NCBI GenBank assembly: GCA_965232515.1
Contig: CBDDPY010000002.1
Span: 7,008,001-7,072,000, forward strand
Direction of reading: 5' to 3'
Length of the DNA stretch: 64,000 bases
From: Alphaproteobacteria bacterium
GTDB lineage: Bacteria; Pseudomonadota; Alphaproteobacteria; GCA-2731375
The notes beneath the pieces were generated by a model, which was given only the letters and a program-made list of their open reading frames with translations, was not told the DNA's origin and did not search any database. A program made the translations under genes and the position numbers. This document shows positions 48,785 to 57,489 of the stretch, piece by piece (position 1 is the first letter of the stretch; each line of letters opens with the position of its first letter).

Positions 48785-49477
48785 TTAATCTGCTAATCTG
48801 GGAATGAGTATATTTGTGAGTTTTTTTCGATTCATGTTTATTTTGTCAATATTTTTGCATTTTGTTAAAATATATCTATTTATATCTAGTGAATACGTGT
48901 ATTCATTGTGCAAATATATATTTTGATTTATTCTTCTATTCATAACAATATGAGAGGTCTTGTTTAATATTTCACCATTGTTCCTTAAGGCACTTCGTTT
49001 TTCTACAAACTCATACTCAGCAGTTATCTGCTTTATTGGTTTGGCTGTGATGCAGACCTGTCCAGAGTCCAGTGGCATCGCGCATAGTGGATGATCAGCA
49101 CTAGCGAGTTCAAAGCGATACATGCCCGGGCGCAACTTGCTTATGCTATTTCGGCGGGAACTAGTGACCTCTGCTTCAACGAAGGCGTATCCGGCAACTC
49201 GAAGAAACTCAGACATTTGATGCCTGCAAATATTGCTGCAACCACCAAAGCGATACTGCGAAGTCCGCTCGGCGATGATGTGAATTTCAACAATGCCTGC
49301 GTGGAAAAATCCTTCCACGTCTCTAGTCGGTCTATAGATCTGTAAACCAGCATCGCGTTCGCAGATTTGATCGAATTTTGCAGTCGAAGGTGATGTTCCT
49401 TCAAACCGTAAGGAACACCCCGCTGTAGTCGTTGCGATGATAATAAAAATAACCCACGATATTTTATAGTTCATCAT
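48785..49477 (-). CDS. AT-rich Cys-containing lipoprotein (candidate immunity protein or FrpD-like partner)
   Basis: Signal peptide with TAG|C lipobox; several Cys; immediately upstream of the giant gene. Confidence 0.8.
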   Translation of the reverse strand: MMNYKISWVIFIIIATTTAGCSLRFEGTSPSTAKFDQICERDAGLQIYRPTRDVEGFFHAGIVEIHIIAERTSQYRFGGCSNICRHQMSEFLRVAGYAFVEAEVTSSRRNSISKLRPGMYRFELASADHPLCAMPLDSGQVCITAKPIKQITAEYEFVEKRSALRNNGEILNKTSHIVMNRRINQNIYLHNEYTYSLDINRYILTKCKNIDKINMNRKKLTNILIPRLAD

Positions 49478-49673
49478 TTTCCAAGAACCTACCTAATGTA
49501 ATATTCTGTTTAACAACATCATCGTCGGAAAGCCAATGTTCCTGTATTGAAATTCATTATTTTCACTTGCAGATCCTGTTACCTTGTTTTCCATATCCAC
49601 CATCTGTCCGTGTCTGAAAACTGCTCAGTCGATCCGCAATACCAAACAGGCTGACAGGAACTTCACCGAGGTT

Positions 49674-50288
49674 TCACCACTCCACGACACTCACGCCCTG
49701 CCCACCGGGTGCGGGCTGCAGGGACTTCACCTTGCGGCCCTTGAAGGTTTCTTCTTTTAGTTGGCGCATGGCTTCTTCGGTGCCGCCGAAGGGACAGACG
49801 AGGTCGATGAGCCAGAGCTGGTCGCCGGAGCGCCATTCGGCGGGCGCGAGGCGACGGACTCCGGAAGCGAGACGGGCGGCGGCCTCGTCGTTGAGGAACG
49901 CCCAGGAGGCGAAGGCGACGGGCAGGTTGTCGCGGCGCCAGAGCCGGAACTGCTTCAGGCCGATCGGCGGCATCAGCAGCCATTCCAGGTCCTGCACGAA
50001 CATGTGCTTGTGCAGCGGCGAATGCATCATCACCCAGGCCGCCTGGCCGAGGATGCTCGAGAGGTCAGGCGTGATGTTCGGGCGCTGGGGGGCGGCGCCG
50101 GCCTGGTCCGCCGGGCCAGCCTCGGCGGCGGCTTGCGGCTCGGCGGCCGGCGGTTCGCCTGCTTGCGGCGCCGTGGCCGGGGGCGGCGTGGCGGCGGCGC
50201 CGTTGCCGGCCTCCGCGCCGCTGCTGTCGTCGTCGCTGTTCGAGGCGGTGGTGGGGTCGGTCTCGTTGCCGGCGGTGATGTCGGTCAT
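49674..50288 (-). CDS. hlyC: RTX toxin-activating lysine acyltransferase (HlyC/RtxC family)
   Basis: WVMMHSPLH (catalytic His), ASWAFL, EWRSGDQLWLIDLVCPFGG; Ala/Pro-rich N-terminal extension. Confidence 0.92.
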   Translation of the reverse strand: MTDITAGNETDPTTASNSDDDSSGAEAGNGAAATPPPATAPQAGEPPAAEPQAAAEAGPADQAGAAPQRPNITPDLSSILGQAAWVMMHSPLHKHMFVQDLEWLLMPPIGLKQFRLWRRDNLPVAFASWAFLNDEAAARLASGVRRLAPAEWRSGDQLWLIDLVCPFGGTEEAMRQLKEETFKGRKVKSLQPAPGGQGVSVVEW

Positions 50289-50479
50289 GTCCGTGCTCCG
50301 TTGCTGGTGCGCCGTGCCGCGATGCAGGCGTGGCGCCAACGGCGCGCGGTCTGTCGCGCGCCTGTCGAAGTGTGGCACGGATCGGGGCGGGTCAGGATTT
50401 GATCTGCGGTCGTGCCAGTGGGGCGGTGGCGGTCGTGTCGGTGTGCCGGGACTTGCGCGACCGGTACCGGTGGCGACGG

Positions 50480-50980
50480 CGCATGGATGCCGGCCTGCGC
50501 CGTTATGACGGGGGAGGGGGCGAACGCACGTCTGCGTAACCGCGACAGCCTCACATTGTCATGCCCGGGCTTGACCCGGGCATCCAGAGCGGCATTCGCG
50601 CGTTGTCGCGGCTCGTCCAGCTTCCTGCCTGTCGCAACCGTTTGTCTGGATCCCTGGATCAAGTCTGGGGATGACCAAAAGTGACTCGGGAGTGACCAAA
50701 AGCGACTCGTGGATGACCATGGGTGAAGCATGGACGAGGGGTGGGCGGCGGTTGGAGACCGTCGTGACGTCGGCTTCATCGTCATGCCGGCGGCGGCCGG
50801 CGTCCGGGGCTTGCGTTCACCGCTGAACGGTTCAGAGAGGTACGGATCATCGGCGCCGATTGGCGTCGGCGCGATGACCTGTCGGCGGTTGGCATGCGTC
50901 GCGGGCGGCAATGACGCGTGGCCGTGACGTGTGTCGGAAACGGCAAGCCCGGATGCCGGCCGGCGGCGGCATGACGGTGT
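50480..50980. repeat. cluster of REP/MITE-like palindromes
   Basis: GTCATGCCCGGGCTTGACCCGGGCATCCA paired with TGGATCCCTGGATCAAGTCTGGGGATGAC; second pair near 50781 and 50945; 21-bp tandem at 50672-50719. Confidence 0.7.
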
Positions 50981-51217
50981 TGCGATGAGATTGTGCGGGT
51001 GAGTTGCCGTCGTCCGAATTGCGGTGACGGTTTGGTCGCGGTACGTCAGATACGGAGACTCAGCGAGACTCGGATACGTCACATCGACCCCCAACTTCAC
51101 AACCGCAAATGACTCGACAGATCGACCATCGATTGCGGCTACGACCCGAACACAATCTTCGACCGGAATCGGTTCTGAACGCAAGGGTTGAGTCGCGGAC
51201 TGGGCGAAAAAAGTTGC

Positions 51218-52618
51218 TCAGCGCTCGCGAATGGCCTCGTCGCGGTAGCGCAACAGCGGCGTCAGCACGTATTCGATGACCCGGCGCTGGCCGGTCTTGA
51301 TGTCGACCGTCACCGCCATGCCCGGCGTCAGGCGCATGTCGTTGCCGTCGGCGCGGATGGTCTCGCGCGACATGGCGACGCGGATCGGGAACACGAGGCC
51401 CATACCTTCGCGCTCGATCGCGTCGTCGGAAACGTGCAGAACGTCGCCCGAAATGGTGCCGTACTTGGTGAACGGAAACGACTCGACCTTGATCTCGACG
51501 GCCTCGCCCGCGGCGACGAAACCCTTATCCTTGTTGAGCATCATCGCTTCGACCTCGAGCCGCTCGTCGTCCGGCACGATGATCATCAGCTGCTCGTCGG
51601 TGGTGACGACGCTGCCGACGGTATGCACGGCGAGCTGGTGCACCATGCCGTCGACCGGCGCGACGAGCTGGTTGCGCTCGTCGCGGCGCACGGCCTTCTT
51701 CAGCTCCTCGGCCAGCCCCGCGATTTCTTTCCGCAGGTCCTCGCGTTCGGCTACGGCGTTGGCGAGGAATTCGGCCTGGGTCTCGGCCGCCTGCCGGCGC
51801 AACGCCTCGATCGCGGCCTCGGCGGCGCGGTAGCTGCCCTCTGCGCGGGCCAGGTTGGCCTCCTCCTCATGCAACTGCTGCGCGACCTCGAGATAGGCGG
51901 CCCGGCTGCCGAAGCCTTTCTCGGCGAGACGCACGCGCTGATCGACGCGCTCGCGGATCACGGCGACCATCTGGCGTTGGCGGATGCGGGTGTCGTCGGC
52001 GCTGGCGAGCTCGGCGTGGCGCTGGCTGATCTGGCCGTCGATGGCCGCGAGCTCGGCCCGGTGCGCGGCGACGGCGGTCAGGAACAGTTGCCGCTGGCCC
52101 TCGACCAGCACGGGATCGCCGTCGGCCGGCGGCTCGAAGGCGGCGTCGGGCGGGTCGAGTTTGAACCGCGTGACGGTGATCAGCGCGTCGAGCCGGGCAG
52201 CCTCGACGCGCGCGGTCATCAGTTCCTGCGTCAGGCGCTGGCGGTCGGCGGCGGCATCGGTCGGATCCATCTCGAACAGGATGTCGCCGGCGCGCACGTG
52301 GCTGCCGTCGCGCACGTGGATGGCGGCGACGGTGCCGGTCTCCAGCGGCTCGATGACCTTGACTCGGCCAGACGGCACGATCTTGCCCTGGGCGGTAGCG
52401 TGGATGTCGATCTTGCCGAAGGTGGCCCAGGCGAGCGCCGCCGTGAAGAAGGCGATGATCAACCACAGCGTCAGGCGGCCGGCGGGCGAGGCGGGGCTGT
52501 CCATGATCTCGATCGCCGCCGGCAGGAAGGCGCGCTCGGCGGCGTTGCGGTCGGGCTTCTTCGGCTCCGCCTTCTCGGCAGCGATCGACGCCTTCAGTAC
52601 CTGCATCACGCGGCCCAT
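51218..52618 (-). CDS. hlyD: T1SS membrane fusion protein HlyD
   Basis: AFLPAAIEI, APVDGMV, FPFTKYG and PGMAVTVDIKTGQRRVIEYVL motifs. Confidence 0.95.
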   Translation of the reverse strand: MGRVMQVLKASIAAEKAEPKKPDRNAAERAFLPAAIEIMDSPASPAGRLTLWLIIAFFTAALAWATFGKIDIHATAQGKIVPSGRVKVIEPLETGTVAAIHVRDGSHVRAGDILFEMDPTDAAADRQRLTQELMTARVEAARLDALITVTRFKLDPPDAAFEPPADGDPVLVEGQRQLFLTAVAAHRAELAAIDGQISQRHAELASADDTRIRQRQMVAVIRERVDQRVRLAEKGFGSRAAYLEVAQQLHEEEANLARAEGSYRAAEAAIEALRRQAAETQAEFLANAVAEREDLRKEIAGLAEELKKAVRRDERNQLVAPVDGMVHQLAVHTVGSVVTTDEQLMIIVPDDERLEVEAMMLNKDKGFVAAGEAVEIKVESFPFTKYGTISGDVLHVSDDAIEREGMGLVFPIRVAMSRETIRADGNDMRLTPGMAVTVDIKTGQRRVIEYVLTPLLRYRDEAIRER

Positions 52619-54864
52619 CAGTCGGCGGCTCCGGCATCCGGTTGCCCGCCGACGTCGCCGACCTGGTGGCGGTAGAGCGTCGCGTAGCGGCCGCCCTGGC
52701 GCAGCAGCTCGTCATGCGTACCCATCTCGACGACGCGGCCGGCCTCGATGGTGATGATGCGGTGGCATTGACGCACGGCGGCGAGACGGTGGGCGATGAT
52801 GAAGACGGTGCGGCCCTTCGTGATTTGGCGCATGTTCTGTTGGATGGCGTATTCGGATTCGTAATCCAGCGCCGAGGTCGCCTCGTCGAAGATCAGGATG
52901 CGCGGGTCGGTGACCAGCGCCCGGGCGATGGCGATACGCTGACGCTGGCCGCCGGACAGATTGCTGCCGCGCTCGCCGATGGCGGTGTCGTAGCCCTGCT
53001 CGAGCTCGAGAATGAAGTCGTGCGCGCCGGCGAGCTGGGCGGCGCGGACCACGCGGTCCATGGGCATGCCGGGGTCGGCGAGCGCGATGTTCTCGCGCAC
53101 GGATCTGTTGAACAGCACGTTCTCCTGCAGCACGACGCCGATCTGCCGGCGCAGCCAGGCCGGGTCGACCATGGCCAGGTCAACGCCGTCGATCAGCACG
53201 CGGCCGCTTTCCGGCACGTAGAGGCGCTGCAGCAGCTTGGTCAGCGTGCTCTTGCCCGAGCCCGAGGGGCCGACGATGCCGACGACCTCGCCGGGCGAGA
53301 AGTCGAGCGTGATGTCCTTCAGGATCTCCGGCCCGCCCGGACGGTAGCGGAAGGTGATGTGGTCGAAGGCGATGCGGCCGCGGATCTGCGGCAGGGCGCT
53401 GCGGGCGCCGCCGCCCTCGAGTTCGGTGGGCGCGTTCAGGATGTCGCCGAGGCGGGCAAGCGAGATCCGCACCTGCTGGAATTCCTGCCAGAGCTGGGCC
53501 AGGCGCAGGATCGGCGCGCTGACCCGGCCGGCCAGCATGTTGAAGGCGACGAACTGGCCGACCGTGAGGTCGCCCGACATCACCAGCTTGGCGCCGAACC
53601 AGAGCGTCAGCGCGATGACGACCTTGTTGATGAGCTGGGTGATCTGACCGGCGACGTTGCCGAGGTTGGTGGCCTTGAAGCTGGCGCTCACGTAAGCCGC
53701 GAGCTGGTCTTCCCAGCGGCGCTGCATCTGCGGCTCGACCGCCATGGCCTTGAGCGTCTCGACGCCGGTGACGGCCTCGACCAGGAAGGCCTGGTTCTCG
53801 GCGCCGCGGTTGAACTTCTCCTCCAGGCGATGTCGCAGGATGGGCGTCACGAACACGGCGAGCGCGACATAGAACGGGATCGAGGCCAGCACGATCAGCG
53901 TCAGCGTCGGGCTGAACACCCACATCACGGCGAAGAAGACGAAGGTGAAGAACAGGTCGATGACGAGCGTCAGCGCCGAGCCGGTGAGGAACGAGCGGAT
54001 GGTTTCGAGCTCGCGCACGCGAGCCACTGAATGGCCGGCCTGGCGCGCTTCGAAATAAGCGATCGGCAGCGACACCAGATGCCGGAAGATGCGGGCGCCC
54101 AGCTCAACGTCGACGCGGCTGGTGGTGTGCGCGAAGACGTAGTGGCGCAGCGCGCCGAGCACGACCTCGAACAGCGAGACCGCGATCAGGCCGGCGACCA
54201 GCACGTCGAGCGTGGTCAGGCCGCGGTGCACCAGCACCTTGTCGATCACCACCTGGAAGAACAGCGGCGTGATCAGCGCGAAGAGCTGCAGGAAGAACGA
54301 GGCGACCAGCACCTCGCCGAAGAGGCGCCGGTAGCGCACAATCGAGGGGATGAACCAGGTGAAGTCGAACTTGCGCAAGGCGCCGGCGAGGCTCGCCCGC
54401 GTCGTCAGCAGGATCAGCGCGCCGGTCCAGGTGGCTTGAAATTCTTCGAGGCCGAGCTCGCGCGGGCCCCGGTCGCGCGGGTCCTGGATCAGCACCTTGT
54501 CGTCGGCGGCCTTTGCGAGCACGCAGAAGGCGCCGTCGGCGAGCTCGGCGATCGCCGGCAGCTCGACGCGGCCGAGGCGGTCGACGGACGACTTCACGCG
54601 CTTTGCTTTCAGGCCGACGCGCTTCGCCGCGCGCAGCAGATCGTCGGCGCCGAACAGAGCGCCCTGCAGGCCGAGGTCATGCTGCACCTGGGCCGGCTCC
54701 ACCGCGATGCGGAAGAACCGCGCCATCAGCATCAAACAGGCCAAGCCGGTGTCGACTCGCGGCTCTGCGCCGGCCTTTCCGTCGCCGTCCGTGCTGGTGT
54801 CTACGCCACGCTCAACGGATTCCGTCGGCGCAGCCGGTGTTGGCTGTGTCGTCTCGCCATCCAT
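52618..54864 (-). CDS. hlyB: T1SS ABC transporter HlyB with inactive C39-like domain
   Basis: FDFTWFIP, GPSGSGKST, LSGGQRQR and FDEATSALD motifs; DTGLACL lacks the catalytic Cys. Confidence 0.96.
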   Translation of the reverse strand: MDGETTQPTPAAPTESVERGVDTSTDGDGKAGAEPRVDTGLACLMLMARFFRIAVEPAQVQHDLGLQGALFGADDLLRAAKRVGLKAKRVKSSVDRLGRVELPAIAELADGAFCVLAKAADDKVLIQDPRDRGPRELGLEEFQATWTGALILLTTRASLAGALRKFDFTWFIPSIVRYRRLFGEVLVASFFLQLFALITPLFFQVVIDKVLVHRGLTTLDVLVAGLIAVSLFEVVLGALRHYVFAHTTSRVDVELGARIFRHLVSLPIAYFEARQAGHSVARVRELETIRSFLTGSALTLVIDLFFTFVFFAVMWVFSPTLTLIVLASIPFYVALAVFVTPILRHRLEEKFNRGAENQAFLVEAVTGVETLKAMAVEPQMQRRWEDQLAAYVSASFKATNLGNVAGQITQLINKVVIALTLWFGAKLVMSGDLTVGQFVAFNMLAGRVSAPILRLAQLWQEFQQVRISLARLGDILNAPTELEGGGARSALPQIRGRIAFDHITFRYRPGGPEILKDITLDFSPGEVVGIVGPSGSGKSTLTKLLQRLYVPESGRVLIDGVDLAMVDPAWLRRQIGVVLQENVLFNRSVRENIALADPGMPMDRVVRAAQLAGAHDFILELEQGYDTAIGERGSNLSGGQRQRIAIARALVTDPRILIFDEATSALDYESEYAIQQNMRQITKGRTVFIIAHRLAAVRQCHRIITIEAGRVVEMGTHDELLRQGGRYATLYRHQVGDVGGQPDAGAAD

Positions 54865-55111
54865 CTCTTCACAGAGCTGCCGGCGGACGAACGGCGTCTT
54901 ACCCGCGCCGTTTGACCCCCACCTAAGCGGCCCCCCACAACTCGACCACTACGGTAGATGGAATTCGGCGGCGGATAAAGTTATCAATTGCACCGGCGCC
55001 GATCTGCGACATCGCGCCGCGCAAGCCAGCATGCATCAGCAAATGTTGTTGGGTGTGTGCGTGTCGAGGGGCGACGAAGCCCTTGCTAAGACTGTGATTG
55101 AGAGGGGGGAT

Positions 55112-56662
55112 GTGGTGACGCAAGCGGGCAATCGTCAGCAACGCCGTCGCGCCCGGCGCAGCGCCGGCGCGCCGCCGGCCAAAGCGCAACGGTTGAGCGC
55201 CGAGGCCGCGGCGATGCTGGCGGCCGGCGACCTTGAGGGCGCGGTCGCCGCCTTCGAGGCGGCGCTCCGGCTGGCGCCGGAGAACGCCGACCTTCTGAGC
55301 AATCTAGGTTTGGCCCTGAAGCAGGCTGACCGTGACGACGAGGCGATCGCCGTGCTGCGGCGCGCGTTGACGCGTTCGCCGCACCATGTTCCGGCGCTTA
55401 AGGGCCTGCACAACCTGCTGCAGGGGCGCGAGGACGACGACGGCCTGCTGCCGGTGCTGCGGGCGCTGGTCGCCGCCGCGCCGGACGAGACGATCCATCA
55501 CGCCAACCTGGCGAACGTGCTGTTGAAGCTGGACCGGCGTGATGAATCCGAAGCCGCGTTCCGTGCCGTGCTCGACCGTAATGCCGACGATCTGAATGCG
55601 CTGGTCAATCTCGCCAGCCTGCGGCAGGCCGCCGGCGCGGCGGCGGAAGCGGAGACCTTGCTGCGCCGTGCCTTGACGCTATCGCCTGACGATCCGGCCG
55701 CGAACTACAATCTCTCGCGCTTGCGTCTTCTCGCCGGCGATTTTGACGAGGGCTGGCGGCGACACGAGTACCGCTGGCAGTGCGAGGACTTTCAAGGCTG
55801 GCTGCGGCCGTTCCGGGTTCCGCGCTGGGACGGCTCGGTGTTCGCGGGTCGGACCTTGCTGGTGCACGCCGAGCAGGGCATCGGCGATACACTGCAGTTC
55901 CTACGCTATCTGCCGCTGGCGAAGGCGCGGGGCGGCCGTGTGCTGCTGGAGGTGCAGCGTGGCCTCGGTCGGTTGCTGGCGGGTTTCAGTGGTGCCGATC
56001 AGATCGTGGAGCGCGCGCCGCTCTGGCCGGCCGACGACAAGCTGCCGCCCTATGATCTGCATTGCCCGTTGATGAGCCTACCGTTCGTGCTGGGTCTCGA
56101 GCGTCGCGAGCTCACCGGACCCGGCCCGTATCTCCACGCCGATGGACATCGCGTGAACGCCTGGGCCGAGCATCTGGCGGCCCACCCTCGGCCCCGCGTC
56201 GGCCTGGTCTGGGCCGGCAATCCCCGCAACCGCATCGATGCGCAACGCTCGTTCGGATTTGACGCGCTGTCCGAGGTGCTCGCCGCAGCGGGACCAAGCT
56301 GGTTCAGCCTGCAGGTGCCAACTCAATCGGATCGCGCCGCGTCTCTGGCGGCGGCGGGCGTGAGCGATCTCGGAGCCGAACTCACCGACTTCGCCGAAAC
56401 CGCGGCCGTGCTCGCCAACCTCGATCTATTGATCTCTGCCGACAGCGCACCTGCCCACCTCGCCGGCGCGCTCGGCTATCCTGTTTGGGTGCCGACCTAC
56501 GAGCCGCCGGAATGGCGCTGGCTGACACAGGGAACCGCCACGCACTGGTATCCGACCATGCGCCTCTTCCGGCAACCAGCGCCGGGCCAGTGGACGCCCG
56601 TCTTCACTGCCATCGCCGCTGCACTCACCCAAGCCGTCGCTGCTAGCCGTAAGGCTGGGTGA
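55112..56662 (+). CDS. TPR-repeat glycosyltransferase (GT9/heptosyltransferase-like C-terminus)
   Basis: TPR helices, then EQGIGDTLQFLRY, VGLVWAGNP and DSAPAHLAGALG; G-rich RBS before GTG55112. Confidence 0.87.
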   Translation: MVTQAGNRQQRRRARRSAGAPPAKAQRLSAEAAAMLAAGDLEGAVAAFEAALRLAPENADLLSNLGLALKQADRDDEAIAVLRRALTRSPHHVPALKGLHNLLQGREDDDGLLPVLRALVAAAPDETIHHANLANVLLKLDRRDESEAAFRAVLDRNADDLNALVNLASLRQAAGAAAEAETLLRRALTLSPDDPAANYNLSRLRLLAGDFDEGWRRHEYRWQCEDFQGWLRPFRVPRWDGSVFAGRTLLVHAEQGIGDTLQFLRYLPLAKARGGRVLLEVQRGLGRLLAGFSGADQIVERAPLWPADDKLPPYDLHCPLMSLPFVLGLERRELTGPGPYLHADGHRVNAWAEHLAAHPRPRVGLVWAGNPRNRIDAQRSFGFDALSEVLAAAGPSWFSLQVPTQSDRAASLAAAGVSDLGAELTDFAETAAVLANLDLLISADSAPAHLAGALGYPVWVPTYEPPEWRWLTQGTATHWYPTMRLFRQPAPGQWTPVFTAIAAALTQAVAASRKAG

Positions 56663-57385
56663 GCTGCCATCGCGACACACGAGAACACGATGCGGGGCAA
56701 ACACCTGAAAGGGGATTGCAGGTCATTTTTGTCGAGAACACTGACCGACGGCGGCAGTATTGATTCGGCGTCCTTCGTCACGGCCAAGCTATTTTCTCAA
56801 AGGCCCTAAGCTCTCCATGCCCAGCAAAGATGGCGGCTGACGAAAAATGTCTTTCATTTCGCGACCACGCGTGTGGTCTTGGCCATCGGTCGTCAAGATC
56901 TCAGGTCTCAGAGATTTTGACCCCCCTCCCTCAATTTGGCGGGAATTCGAGTGTCGCTGGAGCCCGGTCTACATTTGACGAGGCTGTAGAGATCAGATAC
57001 CCCCTACCCACTGAATATGACGCCTCCTCCTCCTTGTACTGGTTAATGGACGGTAAGAACCATCAAATCCACCACCTTCCACGAACCCGGAAGAATCGCG
57101 CACGCGTTGCGCTCGACGACCGTTATCGATCGCTCGCCGAGGAAGGACCCGTACGTTTGATCGAGTCGTGGCGCGGCGTCGATGCGTTGACCTCCTCGAT
57201 TTTCCCGACGGCATGCAGCGGAGTCGTTTCAGCGGCGCCCATAGGATTCCGCGCTGCTCGGTTTGGATCGGGCTCGATTTGAACCTGCCGACCAAGATGA
57301 TTTCGAATGGCGTCGTACGAAGTCTTCCCGCCATAACAACATCTCAGTGCGACCGTGTTAGCGGCGCCGTTGAGTTGGCCCCATC

Positions 57386-57489
57386 AATGACGGAATGACG
57401 CACAGTGACGCACCTTCGGTGAACGCCGATAACGAGATCACTCCTCAGCAACTCCTGAATTTGTCCGTCATGTCGGTCATTGCGTCATT
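57386..57489. repeat. convergent TGAC repeat arrays, candidate replication origin
   Basis: Three (A/G)TGACG units on + (57386-57413) and three ATGAC units on - (57465-57489) at the 3' end of the primase-helicase gene. Confidence 0.5.

Noticed and set aside
50285-51184. 299-aa ORF between hlyD and hlyC
   Set aside because: It runs through REP-like palindromes with Arg/Pro/Ala-biased composition; probably spurious.
54497-55111. N-terminal extension of the glycosyltransferase ORF (721 aa in the track)
   Set aside because: It overlaps hlyB antisense; the RBS and TPR start support GTG55112/55115.
56700-57380. ORFs 56830-57282 (+) and 56993-57334 (-)
   Set aside because: No recognisable motif or RBS; possibly a decayed remnant but not supportable.
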